A stretch of DNA of 64,000 nucleotides from an uncultured virus (IMG/VR IMGVR_UViG_3300001460_000018) (lineage: Duplodnaviria > Heunggongvirae > Uroviricota > Caudoviricetes), in IMG/VR virus record IMGVR_UViG_3300001460_000018, positions 1 through 64,000 of that record. One strand, written 5' to 3'. Positions 48,419 to 57,935 of this stretch are shown here, one piece after another. Made by a program: the position numbers and the translations under genes. The notes beneath the pieces are model-generated. The model ran no database searches. It was not told the DNA's origin and saw nothing but the letters and a program-made list of their open reading frames with translations. Position 1 is the first letter of the stretch. Every line of letters starts with the position of its first letter.

Positions 48419-51313
48419 TTATCCATTAATTAAATTGTCTTCTACACGTACATCAAGAGTACCTAATAGAATTACCTGAAGATCTTCAAGACTACTTACT
48501 ATGTCATCTATCTTACCACCTTCTTCAGTATTACTTAAAGCATTACCTGTAGATTGATTACTTGAATCATTAGCACCTGGTAAAAGTCCGCCGTATTTTT
48601 CAAAACTCACAAGAGTATTTTCCTGCAGTGATGACAGCTCTTCAATAATGTTCCTTAACATTTTTAACGTATCCTCAATGTTATCAAACTGCTTTCCTAA
48701 AGTTTTAGCCATAAGAGTAAATTTATCCATAAACCTATTCAATTGTATTAATTTATTCATATCTAGCTCATTTACAGCTTTGCTTATTATATTAATAGCA
48801 TTTCCTACAGCTTGTGTAGGTTTTTCCTTAACATCTTTAGCAAATGCGGCATAAATCCAAGTAAGATATGTACCGAACTGTTTCATATTTCTTTCTGAGC
48901 TGTCATCATATCCACTGTTCTTACTGAATGCTGCTTGGATTCCATTAACAAAATATCCTATTTCTTTTGCCATCTTTCTTCCACTAAACCCTCCTACTGA
49001 CATTGCTGCAAAGGCCTTAACTCCTTCACCAATTTGTGATATAGGCTTACTTAACTTTCCTAGCATTTTAAGACCTGTTTCAAAATTTGAATTAAAAAAA
49101 GTTCCTGATTTTGTTCCTAATAGTTCTATAGGTCCTGTAAGAGCTTTTACTAATTTTTGTATATTTTTCTTAACATTTTTAGTAAAATCTGCATCCATTG
49201 GCTTAGTGTCTTTTAGGACTAGCTGACCTTTCTTAACTTCATATACAGGAACCTGTAAATTAGCCATCGCTTGAACGCCTAAAGCAAAGCTAGCAAGAGA
49301 ATTACCTAGCCTACCTAATAAGTCTACTCCTTTACCAACAGCGCCAGAAAAGAACATTCCTTCTTGCTCTCCTAACCTTTTCATTGGTAAAATAAGAGCA
49401 TCTGTCATCATGCCAATGTTAGTACCTAAATCTGTAGCAAAAGTTGGCGAGATTGGCTCTGTTGATTTTAGGACTAGCTTACCTTTCTTAACTTCATATG
49501 TAGGAACTTGTAAATTAGCCATCGCTTGAACACCTAGAGCAAACTGACTTAGAGAATTACCTAGCCTACCTAATAAGTCTACTCCTTTACCTATAGCTCC
49601 ATCAAAGAACATTCCTTCATTTTCTCCTAGCTTTTTAAGTGGGTCTATAACTGCATTTAACATGTTAGCAATATTTTCACCTACTTGCTGAGCAAAATTA
49701 GGATCTAATGGCTTTGTTCCTACTAAAACTAGCTTACCTTTCTTAACAGCATATGTAGGAACCTGTAGCTTTGCCATTGCAGCAACACCTTCAGCAAATT
49801 GAGACATTGAGTTACCTAAATCCCCTAATAGTTCAGTACCTTTTATTGCTTTATCAATGTCTTCACTATCAATATCATCAAATATTTTAATAAATCCTTT
49901 TAAAATAGTTTTCATAGCAAACATTAAAGTAGTTGAATCTGCATCTGTCCATGCTGCTTTTTTATACTGCTCTAAAGATTTTGTAAATAAAACCAAACCT
50001 GCCCCCATTACAACTAAAGCACCAGCACCAGCAAGAGTGAATGCTATGGTAAATGGATTACCAATAAGTGTCATTGCTGCAGCTAATCCAACTATCGTTA
50101 CACCTAATAAGCCCATGTCTTCTTTTGTAGCCTTTGCTTTCATATACATCTGTATAGATTTTGCTATTATGACTACAGCAACTCCTGCTACTATCATCGC
50201 TGCGGCTCCTGCTAAAATAAACCCAGGTACAGGACCTGCTCCTGCTACTGCCATTGCAGCTCCTATGCCAACAATAACTAAACCTAATAAGCCCATGTCT
50301 TCTTTTGTAGCCTTTGCTTTCATAAACATCTGTACAGATTTTGCTATTATGACTACAGCAACTCCTGCTACTATCATTGCAAGGGCTCCTTTAATAATAG
50401 GTTTCATTATTTTACCCATTACAAACATAACACCGCCAATTACTGCTATTGCTAGAGCAGCAATTCCTACACTAATAAGAGCAGCCATAGGATCTGATGC
50501 AGCTGCACCTAATGACTTAAAGAAAGATTCTATTCCTAAGCCTAACAAATATATTGCTAATGACATTACTGCTATTCCTATAGCAGCTTTAGTTAAATTC
50601 TTAGACCTCTTTGCAATAAAAATCATAGGGAGTGTCAGTATGAATAAACTAAAAGCTACTGTTGCTGAATTTATTACTGACCCAGCAACACCTCCATTAA
50701 TGAATATAAATCCTGCTACAGCAAGAGCTAGTACAGCAACTGCTACTCCCATTTTAAAAATAGTTTTTGCTCCTGATGTAATTTGTTTTTCGTATTTACC
50801 TAAGAAATTAAAAGCTGCACCCCACAGTAATATAAGAGGCAGCGTGACTATAGTTCCTATTATTAATAATGGTGCTGATAGTGCAACAGTAATTGCAAAT
50901 AGCGCTATTCCTTTTGACATTTTAGTAAAGAACATTGAAACTAATGTAAGCTTTTTTTCATCTAGCTTATTTATAGATTCAACGAACTTAGTTATGGAAT
51001 TAGCTAAAGTACCGACTGATTTACCCATAGCATCAATCTTCTTAGGGCTAATCTCAGTAAGAAATGCAGCAAGCTTTTTAACCATTTTACCTCCACCTCC
51101 AAATAAACTAAATGATGTAGATCCAGATTTGCCAGTTGCCTTTATTAATTTTTCTAAAAGACCTGTATGTTTTTTAAGCTCATTATGTATTTGCTTACTT
51201 AAAATTTCATTACTCTTTTTAGTAGCAACTAATATCTGGGCATTGATTTGAACATTAGCCTCTGCATATGATGATATCTTATCAAGAATGTTTACTACTA
51301 AATTACCACCCAT
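48419..51313 (-). CDS. Tape-measure-like tail protein with hydrophobic helices and internal repeats
   Basis: Ala/Gly/Leu-rich; downstream of tube and hub genes; 85-aa x3 and 60-aa x2 repeats. Confidence 0.7.
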   Translation of the reverse strand: MGGNLVVNILDKISSYAEANVQINAQILVATKKSNEILSKQIHNELKKHTGLLEKLIKATGKSGSTSFSLFGGGGKMVKKLAAFLTEISPKKIDAMGKSVGTLANSITKFVESINKLDEKKLTLVSMFFTKMSKGIALFAITVALSAPLLIIGTIVTLPLILLWGAAFNFLGKYEKQITSGAKTIFKMGVAVAVLALAVAGFIFINGGVAGSVINSATVAFSLFILTLPMIFIAKRSKNLTKAAIGIAVMSLAIYLLGLGIESFFKSLGAAASDPMAALISVGIAALAIAVIGGVMFVMGKIMKPIIKGALAMIVAGVAVVIIAKSVQMFMKAKATKEDMGLLGLVIVGIGAAMAVAGAGPVPGFILAGAAAMIVAGVAVVIIAKSIQMYMKAKATKEDMGLLGVTIVGLAAAMTLIGNPFTIAFTLAGAGALVVMGAGLVLFTKSLEQYKKAAWTDADSTTLMFAMKTILKGFIKIFDDIDSEDIDKAIKGTELLGDLGNSMSQFAEGVAAMAKLQVPTYAVKKGKLVLVGTKPLDPNFAQQVGENIANMLNAVIDPLKKLGENEGMFFDGAIGKGVDLLGRLGNSLSQFALGVQAMANLQVPTYEVKKGKLVLKSTEPISPTFATDLGTNIGMMTDALILPMKRLGEQEGMFFSGAVGKGVDLLGRLGNSLASFALGVQAMANLQVPVYEVKKGQLVLKDTKPMDADFTKNVKKNIQKLVKALTGPIELLGTKSGTFFNSNFETGLKMLGKLSKPISQIGEGVKAFAAMSVGGFSGRKMAKEIGYFVNGIQAAFSKNSGYDDSSERNMKQFGTYLTWIYAAFAKDVKEKPTQAVGNAINIISKAVNELDMNKLIQLNRFMDKFTLMAKTLGKQFDNIEDTLKMLRNIIEELSSLQENTLVSFEKYGGLLPGANDSSNQSTGNALSNTEEGGKIDDIVSSLEDLQVILLGTLDVRVEDNLING

Positions 51314-51322
51314 TAGGTTTTA

Positions 51323-51643
51323 TTATATTTTTGGCATTTTTGGCATTTTTGGCATTTTACCACCTCCTATGCCTTTCATATACTTTGATGAATCGTTTTT
51401 CATCTTATCATAAGTATCATCTACGTTATATTTATTACCATCTTCACTTTCATTCTTTTCTTTTAAAATATCAATAAGATCTTTAACATAATATTGATAT
51501 TCATAAAAAGGTCTATTTTCATATTCAGATGGCTGTAACCTAAAATGATATAATAGACGAGCACGCATTGTAAAATACTGCCTAATATCTATCTGAAACG
51601 ATTTGAATAGCTGTTTATTTGTTAATTTAACTTTATAAACCAT
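51323..51643 (-). CDS. Baseplate hub/tail assembly chaperone (gp51-like); true start possibly further in
   Basis: LLYHFRLQPSEYENRPFYEYQYYV; ends KMPKMPKMPKI. Confidence 0.55.
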   Translation of the reverse strand: MVYKVKLTNKQLFKSFQIDIRQYFTMRARLLYHFRLQPSEYENRPFYEYQYYVKDLIDILKEKNESEDGNKYNVDDTYDKMKNDSSKYMKGIGGGKMPKMPKMPKI

Positions 51644-51656
51644 TATATAGAGAAAT

Positions 51657-51678
51657 AAAAAGGGGTATTAACCCCTTT
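51657..51678 (-). terminator. Terminator hairpin
   Basis: AAAGGGGT...ACCCCTTT. Confidence 0.7.
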
Positions 51679-51684
51679 AATTTA

Positions 51685-52701
51685 TTATTCCAATTCATCA
51701 TCTAAAATACCTTCTTCAACAAATAATCCTTTAATACCAGTAGGTAATTGAATTTCTGCCTCAATAGGTTCTGCACAAGAATCACATTTCTTTAGCATTT
51801 TTTCCTTTACACCAACTTGTAGCTTTTCAGATAGCTGAGTGTATAATAGGAATTGTTTTTTATCCCATCTTAAAAAATCCATTTTAAGATTATTAATCTT
51901 AGGAATTGATAATCCTCTCCAGTCAGGTGATAAATATGGAAGTACTTTTAGAAAAGGCATATACTCTTTAATATCTTCGCCTGCTTGTGAAAGATTTTTA
52001 ATATACTCAGCAATTATTCGCATAGAACCTATGCTAGGCGGTGACATTCGTATTTCTCCAAAAGTTTTTGATTTAATTATAAATATCCGAGACTCTTCAG
52101 AATAGTATTTTGATATTCTCTCAGGTAACTCCCTGCGTTGGAAATTTTCATTTTTTATTTCCATTTGGTTTGGTGCTTTACATGAGCTGCATTTTACCTC
52201 AAATGATATTCGGTTTTCATCTTCAGCAAATGTAAGTTCCCTTATTGCTAATACGATGTATACCTTATCCTCTTCTTTAATATCTTTCCAAGATCCTTGT
52301 CTATTATCATATGAAACTTTTACACATATTTTTAATAAATCAGTAATAGCATCATCGACACTATATGGGTCGCTTTCATCTATTATAGAAAAATGTTTAA
52401 TTTCATTTACAGTAGCAGCTTTAATTACAACTTTAATATCTGTCTCATAATATCTTCCGATAGATGGAAAGTTTTCAGCATGTAATCTATGCCATCCAAA
52501 CTTCTTTTCAGTTTCTTTAACATCTTGTGCTGCGTGGTCAAATCTTTCAACCTTTCCTAGCCCTTTAGGTTCACTATAGGCAGACTCTTCGGCTTTACCT
52601 AAACTGTTTACCTGATCTTCGATTGAATTTGTAGAGTTTTTGTTAAGCTCTTGGTCAAGCTTATCTAATGCATTCTTTTCTGCATCTTTGTTATTATTCA
52701 T
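51685..52701 (-). CDS. Baseplate hub protein (gp26-like)
   Basis: FPSIG, AATVNE, AIRELTF, CSSC and CDSC zinc pairs. Confidence 0.65.
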   Translation of the reverse strand: MNNNKDAEKNALDKLDQELNKNSTNSIEDQVNSLGKAEESAYSEPKGLGKVERFDHAAQDVKETEKKFGWHRLHAENFPSIGRYYETDIKVVIKAATVNEIKHFSIIDESDPYSVDDAITDLLKICVKVSYDNRQGSWKDIKEEDKVYIVLAIRELTFAEDENRISFEVKCSSCKAPNQMEIKNENFQRRELPERISKYYSEESRIFIIKSKTFGEIRMSPPSIGSMRIIAEYIKNLSQAGEDIKEYMPFLKVLPYLSPDWRGLSIPKINNLKMDFLRWDKKQFLLYTQLSEKLQVGVKEKMLKKCDSCAEPIEAEIQLPTGIKGLFVEEGILDDELE

Positions 52702-52742
52702 AATTGCGCTTTTTAATATCTAACGTATTATTTAATAAACCT

Positions 52743-52768
52743 AAAAATGGGCGAGTTTCCCCGCCCGT
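52743..52768 (-). terminator. Terminator after the tail tube gene
   Basis: GGGCG...CGCCC stem with an adjacent A run. Confidence 0.7.
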
Positions 52769-52788
52769 AAATTTCTTATAAAAGTTTC

Positions 52789-53343
52789 TTATACCATGTT
52801 TTCTGTCCAGTAGTCAGATCTAATTTGAACTTCCATTTCAAGAGGATCTCCTGTTGAATAATCAAGTCCTAATTCAGGAATATCATTTACAATAAAACAG
52901 TCATGAAAAGTTCTTTGCCAAAAAATATCTCCAGTTCTATCAAACATAGTAACTATCATTCTAGAATCAGCATAATCTTTTTTTAGACCTTCTTCTCCAG
53001 TTAGTGGGTTATAAATTAGTCTCTTCCAATCTCTTAATGTTTTATAAACGTACATTTCTTTGTTATCATTAAGGTTTAATGAAAAGTTAACTGTTAGATC
53101 TACAGTAGTTGATGTAGGCCGTCCATTTGCATAAGATCTTTGAGCAAATTTATATTCTTGCTCTACAACCTCAGCACCTTTTTCGGTGTTTAAGCCACTT
53201 ATACTTCTAACATGCTCTAATAATATAGAGCCACCTGAAACACCAGGAGGTGGAAGTATAGTAACTTCAAATAGGTTAGTATAAACTGGCTCATATTTAT
53301 TAACAGCTGCTTTACTATTTCTGTAATGCGGTAATCCTGCCAT
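52789..53343 (-). CDS. Tail tube protein (gp19-like)
   Basis: NLFEV, LDYS, SDYW; follows the sheath. Confidence 0.85.
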   Translation of the reverse strand: MAGLPHYRNSKAAVNKYEPVYTNLFEVTILPPPGVSGGSILLEHVRSISGLNTEKGAEVVEQEYKFAQRSYANGRPTSTTVDLTVNFSLNLNDNKEMYVYKTLRDWKRLIYNPLTGEEGLKKDYADSRMIVTMFDRTGDIFWQRTFHDCFIVNDIPELGLDYSTGDPLEMEVQIRSDYWTENMV

Positions 53344-53373
53344 AATAGTTTAATTATTTTTAATTATTTATTA

Positions 53374-53410
53374 AGAAACCTGGGAAGGTTTTTAAATCTT
53401 CCCAGATTTT
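53374..53410 (-). terminator. Hairpin between sheath and tube (terminator or processing site)
   Basis: CTGGGAAG...CTTCCCAG. Confidence 0.6.
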
Positions 53411-53417
53411 CTATTTT

Positions 53418-56400
53418 TTATGTTCCTTGAATTTGGAATTGTCCTAAAGCAATTCCACCAGTTTTAAGAATCGTAACTCTCTGAACTAATTTCTCAAGAC
53501 CTTTTACAGGTTCTACTGCAAGATCAATAATACCGAAGTCATTATCAATAACCTCAGGAGTATTATTAACAGAATTCATAACCGTTTCATACGCATATAA
53601 CCCTTGGTCATTTTGTATTTGCGATAAGAATCCATCTACTAGAGTTTTAATTTCCAATCTTGTTTGAACTGTGTTAAATTCAAATTGGTAACCTTTTAAG
53701 ATATTTTCAACCTCTTCCTCAATATAGATTAATAATTCTCTTACATGTATTTTAGATAATGCTGACTTAACAGATTGTTGTGCTGTTTGGTTTGAATTAA
53801 TTACTAATCCTAATCCTTGTTTAGGCAAGATTACATTAAACCCAAATGGCTCAAGTGAATTAAGTCCATTTCTATCATAAACATATTCAACACCTGTTAT
53901 ATTCTGGCCTGCAATAATTCCTCTTCTAGGACCAGCTACAATTGAATATGGCTGAGCAGTTCTATACTTCTCCATAAAGTTATTTGAAACATATGGAGCA
54001 GGTGGTACTGTTTTAACAGATGCACCTTCTTTAAGAATTAAATTCGGGTGGAAGTAACCTGCATAATTTGCACCTTGTTGAATAGTAGGCAATGATAATG
54101 TATTACTTGGATTAAACTCTTGGTTTCCTCCAGTTGATATATACCTAGCGCTATAATTTGACTGTGCATTTAATTTAAACAGTGGATTTGTAGATTCACT
54201 TAGTTGTTTAACACTTGGGCTATTAAGAATAGCAAAAGCAAACTGTCTAGTTTTACAAAGGTCACTTAATATGTTTTTAGTACCTGGTTCTATTGTACCT
54301 TCAAATGTATCTATTACATATCTAAATGATATTGCTTCTTTATCTGCAAGAGCATTAAATAACCCAGTGTTTACTAATGTACTTAATATTTCACCTTGTC
54401 TTGTTGCTTGCCCATTAGGCATTGTGTCAGGTCTTAATGTAAATCCATCAAGCTTAGTAAATTGATAATTAGTTACAAAGTTTTGAACTGATTTATATCT
54501 CTCAACAGATGTGTTAGAATTAGTAAAGTAAATTGGGTCCTTTGTCTTAACTGTTATAGTAGCAGTAGATTCTTTTACTGAAATAATTCTTGTATATCTT
54601 GTATTACCTGTGCGTGAATCAATGTTAGTGAATGTTGCACCATTTTCAAATCCTCTCATAATAAAATCCTCTGGTTTAATGTTACCAGTGAATAAACCAC
54701 TTGAATTATCAATAGTAAATTCATAGTCATTAACTTTAACAACAGTGAATGACTGATTAATGTTTCCTGCTTTTGACTTAAAACTTAACGGAGTAGTAAT
54801 ACTTGACTGTGCGTTAAATGTATAATACGTAATCTTGTGTGAAAGTACCTCAGATCCTAAAAGAGTATCAAGATCATCTGCATTTCCATCTCCTTGAGCA
54901 GAAACAACTGTAAAAACTTCAAACGATGATGCTCCTACTTTAACTTCATCCCCACTTGATAATGTACCACTTCTAAAATCAACTCCAGCACTAGAATCAT
55001 ATGATGCTAAATAATCACTTGCACCATTACTTGCCACAAACTTAACTGCAGAAAATGTAGGTACATTATAATCAGTACTTGTAGTGAGAGTGGATCCATC
55101 TATGAATAATTCTTCAGTAGCAGTTTCATTAGCAGCACTTAATTGGATAATAACCTTATCTGCTAGCCTAGCAACATCCTTCACAACTGATTTAGTTGAA
55201 ACTCCACCGGCCCCACCACCTGCTAAAGTTTTAGAAATATTTATAAATGAAGAGCTTACTTTAATTGACTGAGCCCATGCTAACCATAGAGCATCAGTAG
55301 CAAATGCATTTGCTGTAGGTTTTGCTGCATCTACTGATGTCGGTGAGTAAACTGTAATAGTGTCATACTTATCAGTGCTTGATGTATATGCAGTGTTATC
55401 AGTTAATGACACAACAGCATTTGCGGCTCCTGAATATGCACCATCGGCAATGTTATCAGCAGTGTTTGTAATAAACGTCTGAGAAACTGCTGCAGCAAAA
55501 GGAGAAGTATCCGCATATTGAAGATTTTCAGCAATTGTACCAAAGTATCCAAGGTAGTCAATAACAGAAACAGTGTTTCCATCAATAGTACCTCCAATTA
55601 AATCAATACCTCCATCTTTACCAGAAATTACTGAACCAGTATCAAACAAGTTTTCATCTACTGCACAATATATACCAGTGAATGCTGTTTGTAAGTTTAC
55701 AATATCTTGAATGTATAATTCATTTCCATTTTTATCTAAGAAGTTTGGTATAATTACACCATCTATTGATGATAACACAACAACTTCTTTTAATTCAACA
55801 AATTTATCTAAACCATCAAATTCATTTCCATTTGTATCTTTATAAGTTTTCTTAAGACCATTTGTATCAAAGTAATCTCCAAATAGTGGATCTACTGATA
55901 GTTTTTGGTAATCAGAAAAATCTCCTTTAATAATTTGTACATTTACTGCATAATCATTAATGTAATCTTGTTCATCCATAAATTCAGGAACATTTCCTTC
56001 ACCATACCAATCTTTAGCAGAAATGTCAAGTCCTAGTATCTTTTTATTTGTTACAAGAACAGATACAGAATTAGTACCAACATTAGCAAAGTTCAATATG
56101 GATTTAGTATATCCTGATGTATTATTAATATTTTTTAAAGCTTCGTCAGTATCAAGTTTCCAAAACTTAGAAGTATCATAATATTTAGATAGCGGAGCGC
56201 TTCCAATATTTTGATTAATTTCAGATGCATTTGCAGAGTAACTGATAAACTCAGTTTTGTCTAATGTATCATTAAGAGCTCTTAGGTTTAGAGCAATGAT
56301 AGGCGACTCTCTTAGCATTTCTAAAGCAGATAAATGAAAGTAAGAACCTTTTCTCTCTAGAGATTTGTCTCTTTCACCATAAATGCCAGTAAAGAATTTA

Positions 56401-56561
56401 GTGTCTTCGCAGAAAACAGGCGTATTGAATGGACCAACTTTTGAAAATCCTATAATCATTCTTAATGTACTAACAGTACTTGTAATGATTTGACTTTGGT
56501 CAAACTCAAACGTGTATACTCCTGAAGACTTTATCGTAGTTAAATAACTCGGTAATGCCAT
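53418..56561 (-). CDS. Tail sheath protein (gp18-like), 1047 aa
   Basis: SSGVYTFEFD, GPFNTP, AGPRRG, KIHVRELLIYI, FEFN, NNTPEVID. Confidence 0.93.
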   Translation of the reverse strand: MALPSYLTTIKSSGVYTFEFDQSQIITSTVSTLRMIIGFSKVGPFNTPVFCEDTKFFTGIYGERDKSLERKGSYFHLSALEMLRESPIIALNLRALNDTLDKTEFISYSANASEINQNIGSAPLSKYYDTSKFWKLDTDEALKNINNTSGYTKSILNFANVGTNSVSVLVTNKKILGLDISAKDWYGEGNVPEFMDEQDYINDYAVNVQIIKGDFSDYQKLSVDPLFGDYFDTNGLKKTYKDTNGNEFDGLDKFVELKEVVVLSSIDGVIIPNFLDKNGNELYIQDIVNLQTAFTGIYCAVDENLFDTGSVISGKDGGIDLIGGTIDGNTVSVIDYLGYFGTIAENLQYADTSPFAAAVSQTFITNTADNIADGAYSGAANAVVSLTDNTAYTSSTDKYDTITVYSPTSVDAAKPTANAFATDALWLAWAQSIKVSSSFINISKTLAGGGAGGVSTKSVVKDVARLADKVIIQLSAANETATEELFIDGSTLTTSTDYNVPTFSAVKFVASNGASDYLASYDSSAGVDFRSGTLSSGDEVKVGASSFEVFTVVSAQGDGNADDLDTLLGSEVLSHKITYYTFNAQSSITTPLSFKSKAGNINQSFTVVKVNDYEFTIDNSSGLFTGNIKPEDFIMRGFENGATFTNIDSRTGNTRYTRIISVKESTATITVKTKDPIYFTNSNTSVERYKSVQNFVTNYQFTKLDGFTLRPDTMPNGQATRQGEILSTLVNTGLFNALADKEAISFRYVIDTFEGTIEPGTKNILSDLCKTRQFAFAILNSPSVKQLSESTNPLFKLNAQSNYSARYISTGGNQEFNPSNTLSLPTIQQGANYAGYFHPNLILKEGASVKTVPPAPYVSNNFMEKYRTAQPYSIVAGPRRGIIAGQNITGVEYVYDRNGLNSLEPFGFNVILPKQGLGLVINSNQTAQQSVKSALSKIHVRELLIYIEEEVENILKGYQFEFNTVQTRLEIKTLVDGFLSQIQNDQGLYAYETVMNSVNNTPEVIDNDFGIIDLAVEPVKGLEKLVQRVTILKTGGIALGQFQIQGT

Positions 56562-56640
56562 TGTTATATATTTTTTTAATATTTATTTAAGTAAGGTTGT
56601 TTGTGGTTTTTATATGAATTTTTATTTTTTTCATATTTTT

Positions 56641-56721
56641 TTAAACAAAATAAAAAATTGTGTATTTAATATATTGTAAAATATCTGAAAGAATCTGAGA
56701 CTCTGATTCTTCTAGAGCAAC
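56641..56721 (+). repeat. Copy 2 of the ~80-bp non-coding element (promoter TAAACA-N15-TATTTAA plus dyad)
   Basis: Inverted match to 1657-1736. Confidence 0.9.
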
Positions 56722-56818
56722 ACCAAAAAAAATTATAATAAAAAAACTAAAATAATTTGTATTACCGGAAAAGATTTTTATATATTTAAAACTTCAATTA
56801 CTAAATCCAATAAACACT

Positions 56819-57478
56819 ATGAGTAGACTAAAACTGACTCCTATTAACACACTAGGAGCAGAGTTCAAACGCACTAAATCTGAAAAAGCATTTAAAGAAA
56901 TTTATGATAGGCTTAGAGGAGGCGTCATAAATTATTATTCTAATTTTGGCAAAGATCATCAAATTGTTGAAGACTCTTATAATGAAGCAATGATTTCATT
57001 TTGGGCAAACATCGATAAATTAGATATTGTTAATTATTCTGTAAGTACCAATGTATACCTTAAAACAAAACAAAGTATTATAAGACATAATCTAAAAAAA
57101 GAACGAGCGACTGGGAATGGAAGCGATTTTATGCAAGAAAATTCTGAAATATCTGATAATATTAGTTTTACTAATGTTGATGTAGCTAGTGGCAAACATG
57201 GAAAATATATAAATGCAATTAATTCTAGGGTAACCTTAAGTGATGAAGATGTTTATATAGATAATGAAACTAGAAATATCTTTTGGTCATTGGTTAAAAA
57301 AGCAAAGTTCTTTGAAATTGTTTATGATCATTATTATAATGGCCTTAAATATAAAGAATTGGCTAATAAGTATAACATTGAAATACAAATAGTTAAAAAT
57401 AGAATATTTCATGGCAAAAAACAAATAAAGCAAATACTAACAAAAGAATATGAAGAAATTTCTAAAATATTTGATTAA
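56819..57478 (+). CDS. Sigma-70/ECF-like sigma factor
   Basis: AFKEIYDR...EDSYNEAMISFW (region 2); GLKYKELANKYNIEIQIVKNRIFHGKKQIK (region 4). Confidence 0.85.
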   Translation: MSRLKLTPINTLGAEFKRTKSEKAFKEIYDRLRGGVINYYSNFGKDHQIVEDSYNEAMISFWANIDKLDIVNYSVSTNVYLKTKQSIIRHNLKKERATGNGSDFMQENSEISDNISFTNVDVASGKHGKYINAINSRVTLSDEDVYIDNETRNIFWSLVKKAKFFEIVYDHYYNGLKYKELANKYNIEIQIVKNRIFHGKKQIKQILTKEYEEISKIFD

Positions 57479-57935
57479 TTATGATTTTTGGAAATCATAT
57501 AACAGTGAAAAGAATCTTAAAAAAGGTCTTGCTATATTTTTTGAGTCAGAATCGAAAGGTTTACAAAAACTATTTTTAAAGAATTTTAGTTATCCAGCTA
57601 ATATGGTTGAAGACCCTGTTAGATTAAACCCAGAGACTAGTCAAGTTTATTACATTATAAACTTTACAAGTAAAGAGCTATTTTTAAATGAGGCTACATT
57701 ACAAGCAGCATTTTCTCAAAGTTTATCTATATTACAAGTTCAATTACCTATTGGCGTAACTGAGTATATGGTTCCTGAAATTGAAGGTAGGATAGATGAG
57801 AGCTATAGTATCTTAATTACATTAACTCCGTCATATGAACATTTAGGATATGGAAATATTTTTAAAGCGCTTGTTAAACCATTCTTGATTACTCTTATAT
57901 TAATCAGTATAATATCAATTATTACATATGTCTAA
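57450..57935 (+). CDS. Hypothetical protein with a C-terminal TM helix
   Basis: Hydrophobic C-terminus; overlaps both neighbours. Confidence 0.6.
   Translation: MKKFLKYLINYDFWKSYNSEKNLKKGLAIFFESESKGLQKLFLKNFSYPANMVEDPVRLNPETSQVYYIINFTSKELFLNEATLQAAFSQSLSILQVQLPIGVTEYMVPEIEGRIDESYSILITLTPSYEHLGYGNIFKALVKPFLITLILISIISIITYV

Noticed and set aside
49857..51251. 464-aa plus-strand ORF
   Set aside because: Antisense shadow of the Ala/Ile/Gly-rich tape-measure-like gene; no independent motifs
51600..51700. Programmed frameshift joining tail chaperone genes
   Set aside because: A stop codon and a terminator-like hairpin separate the ORFs, and no clear slippery site precedes the stop
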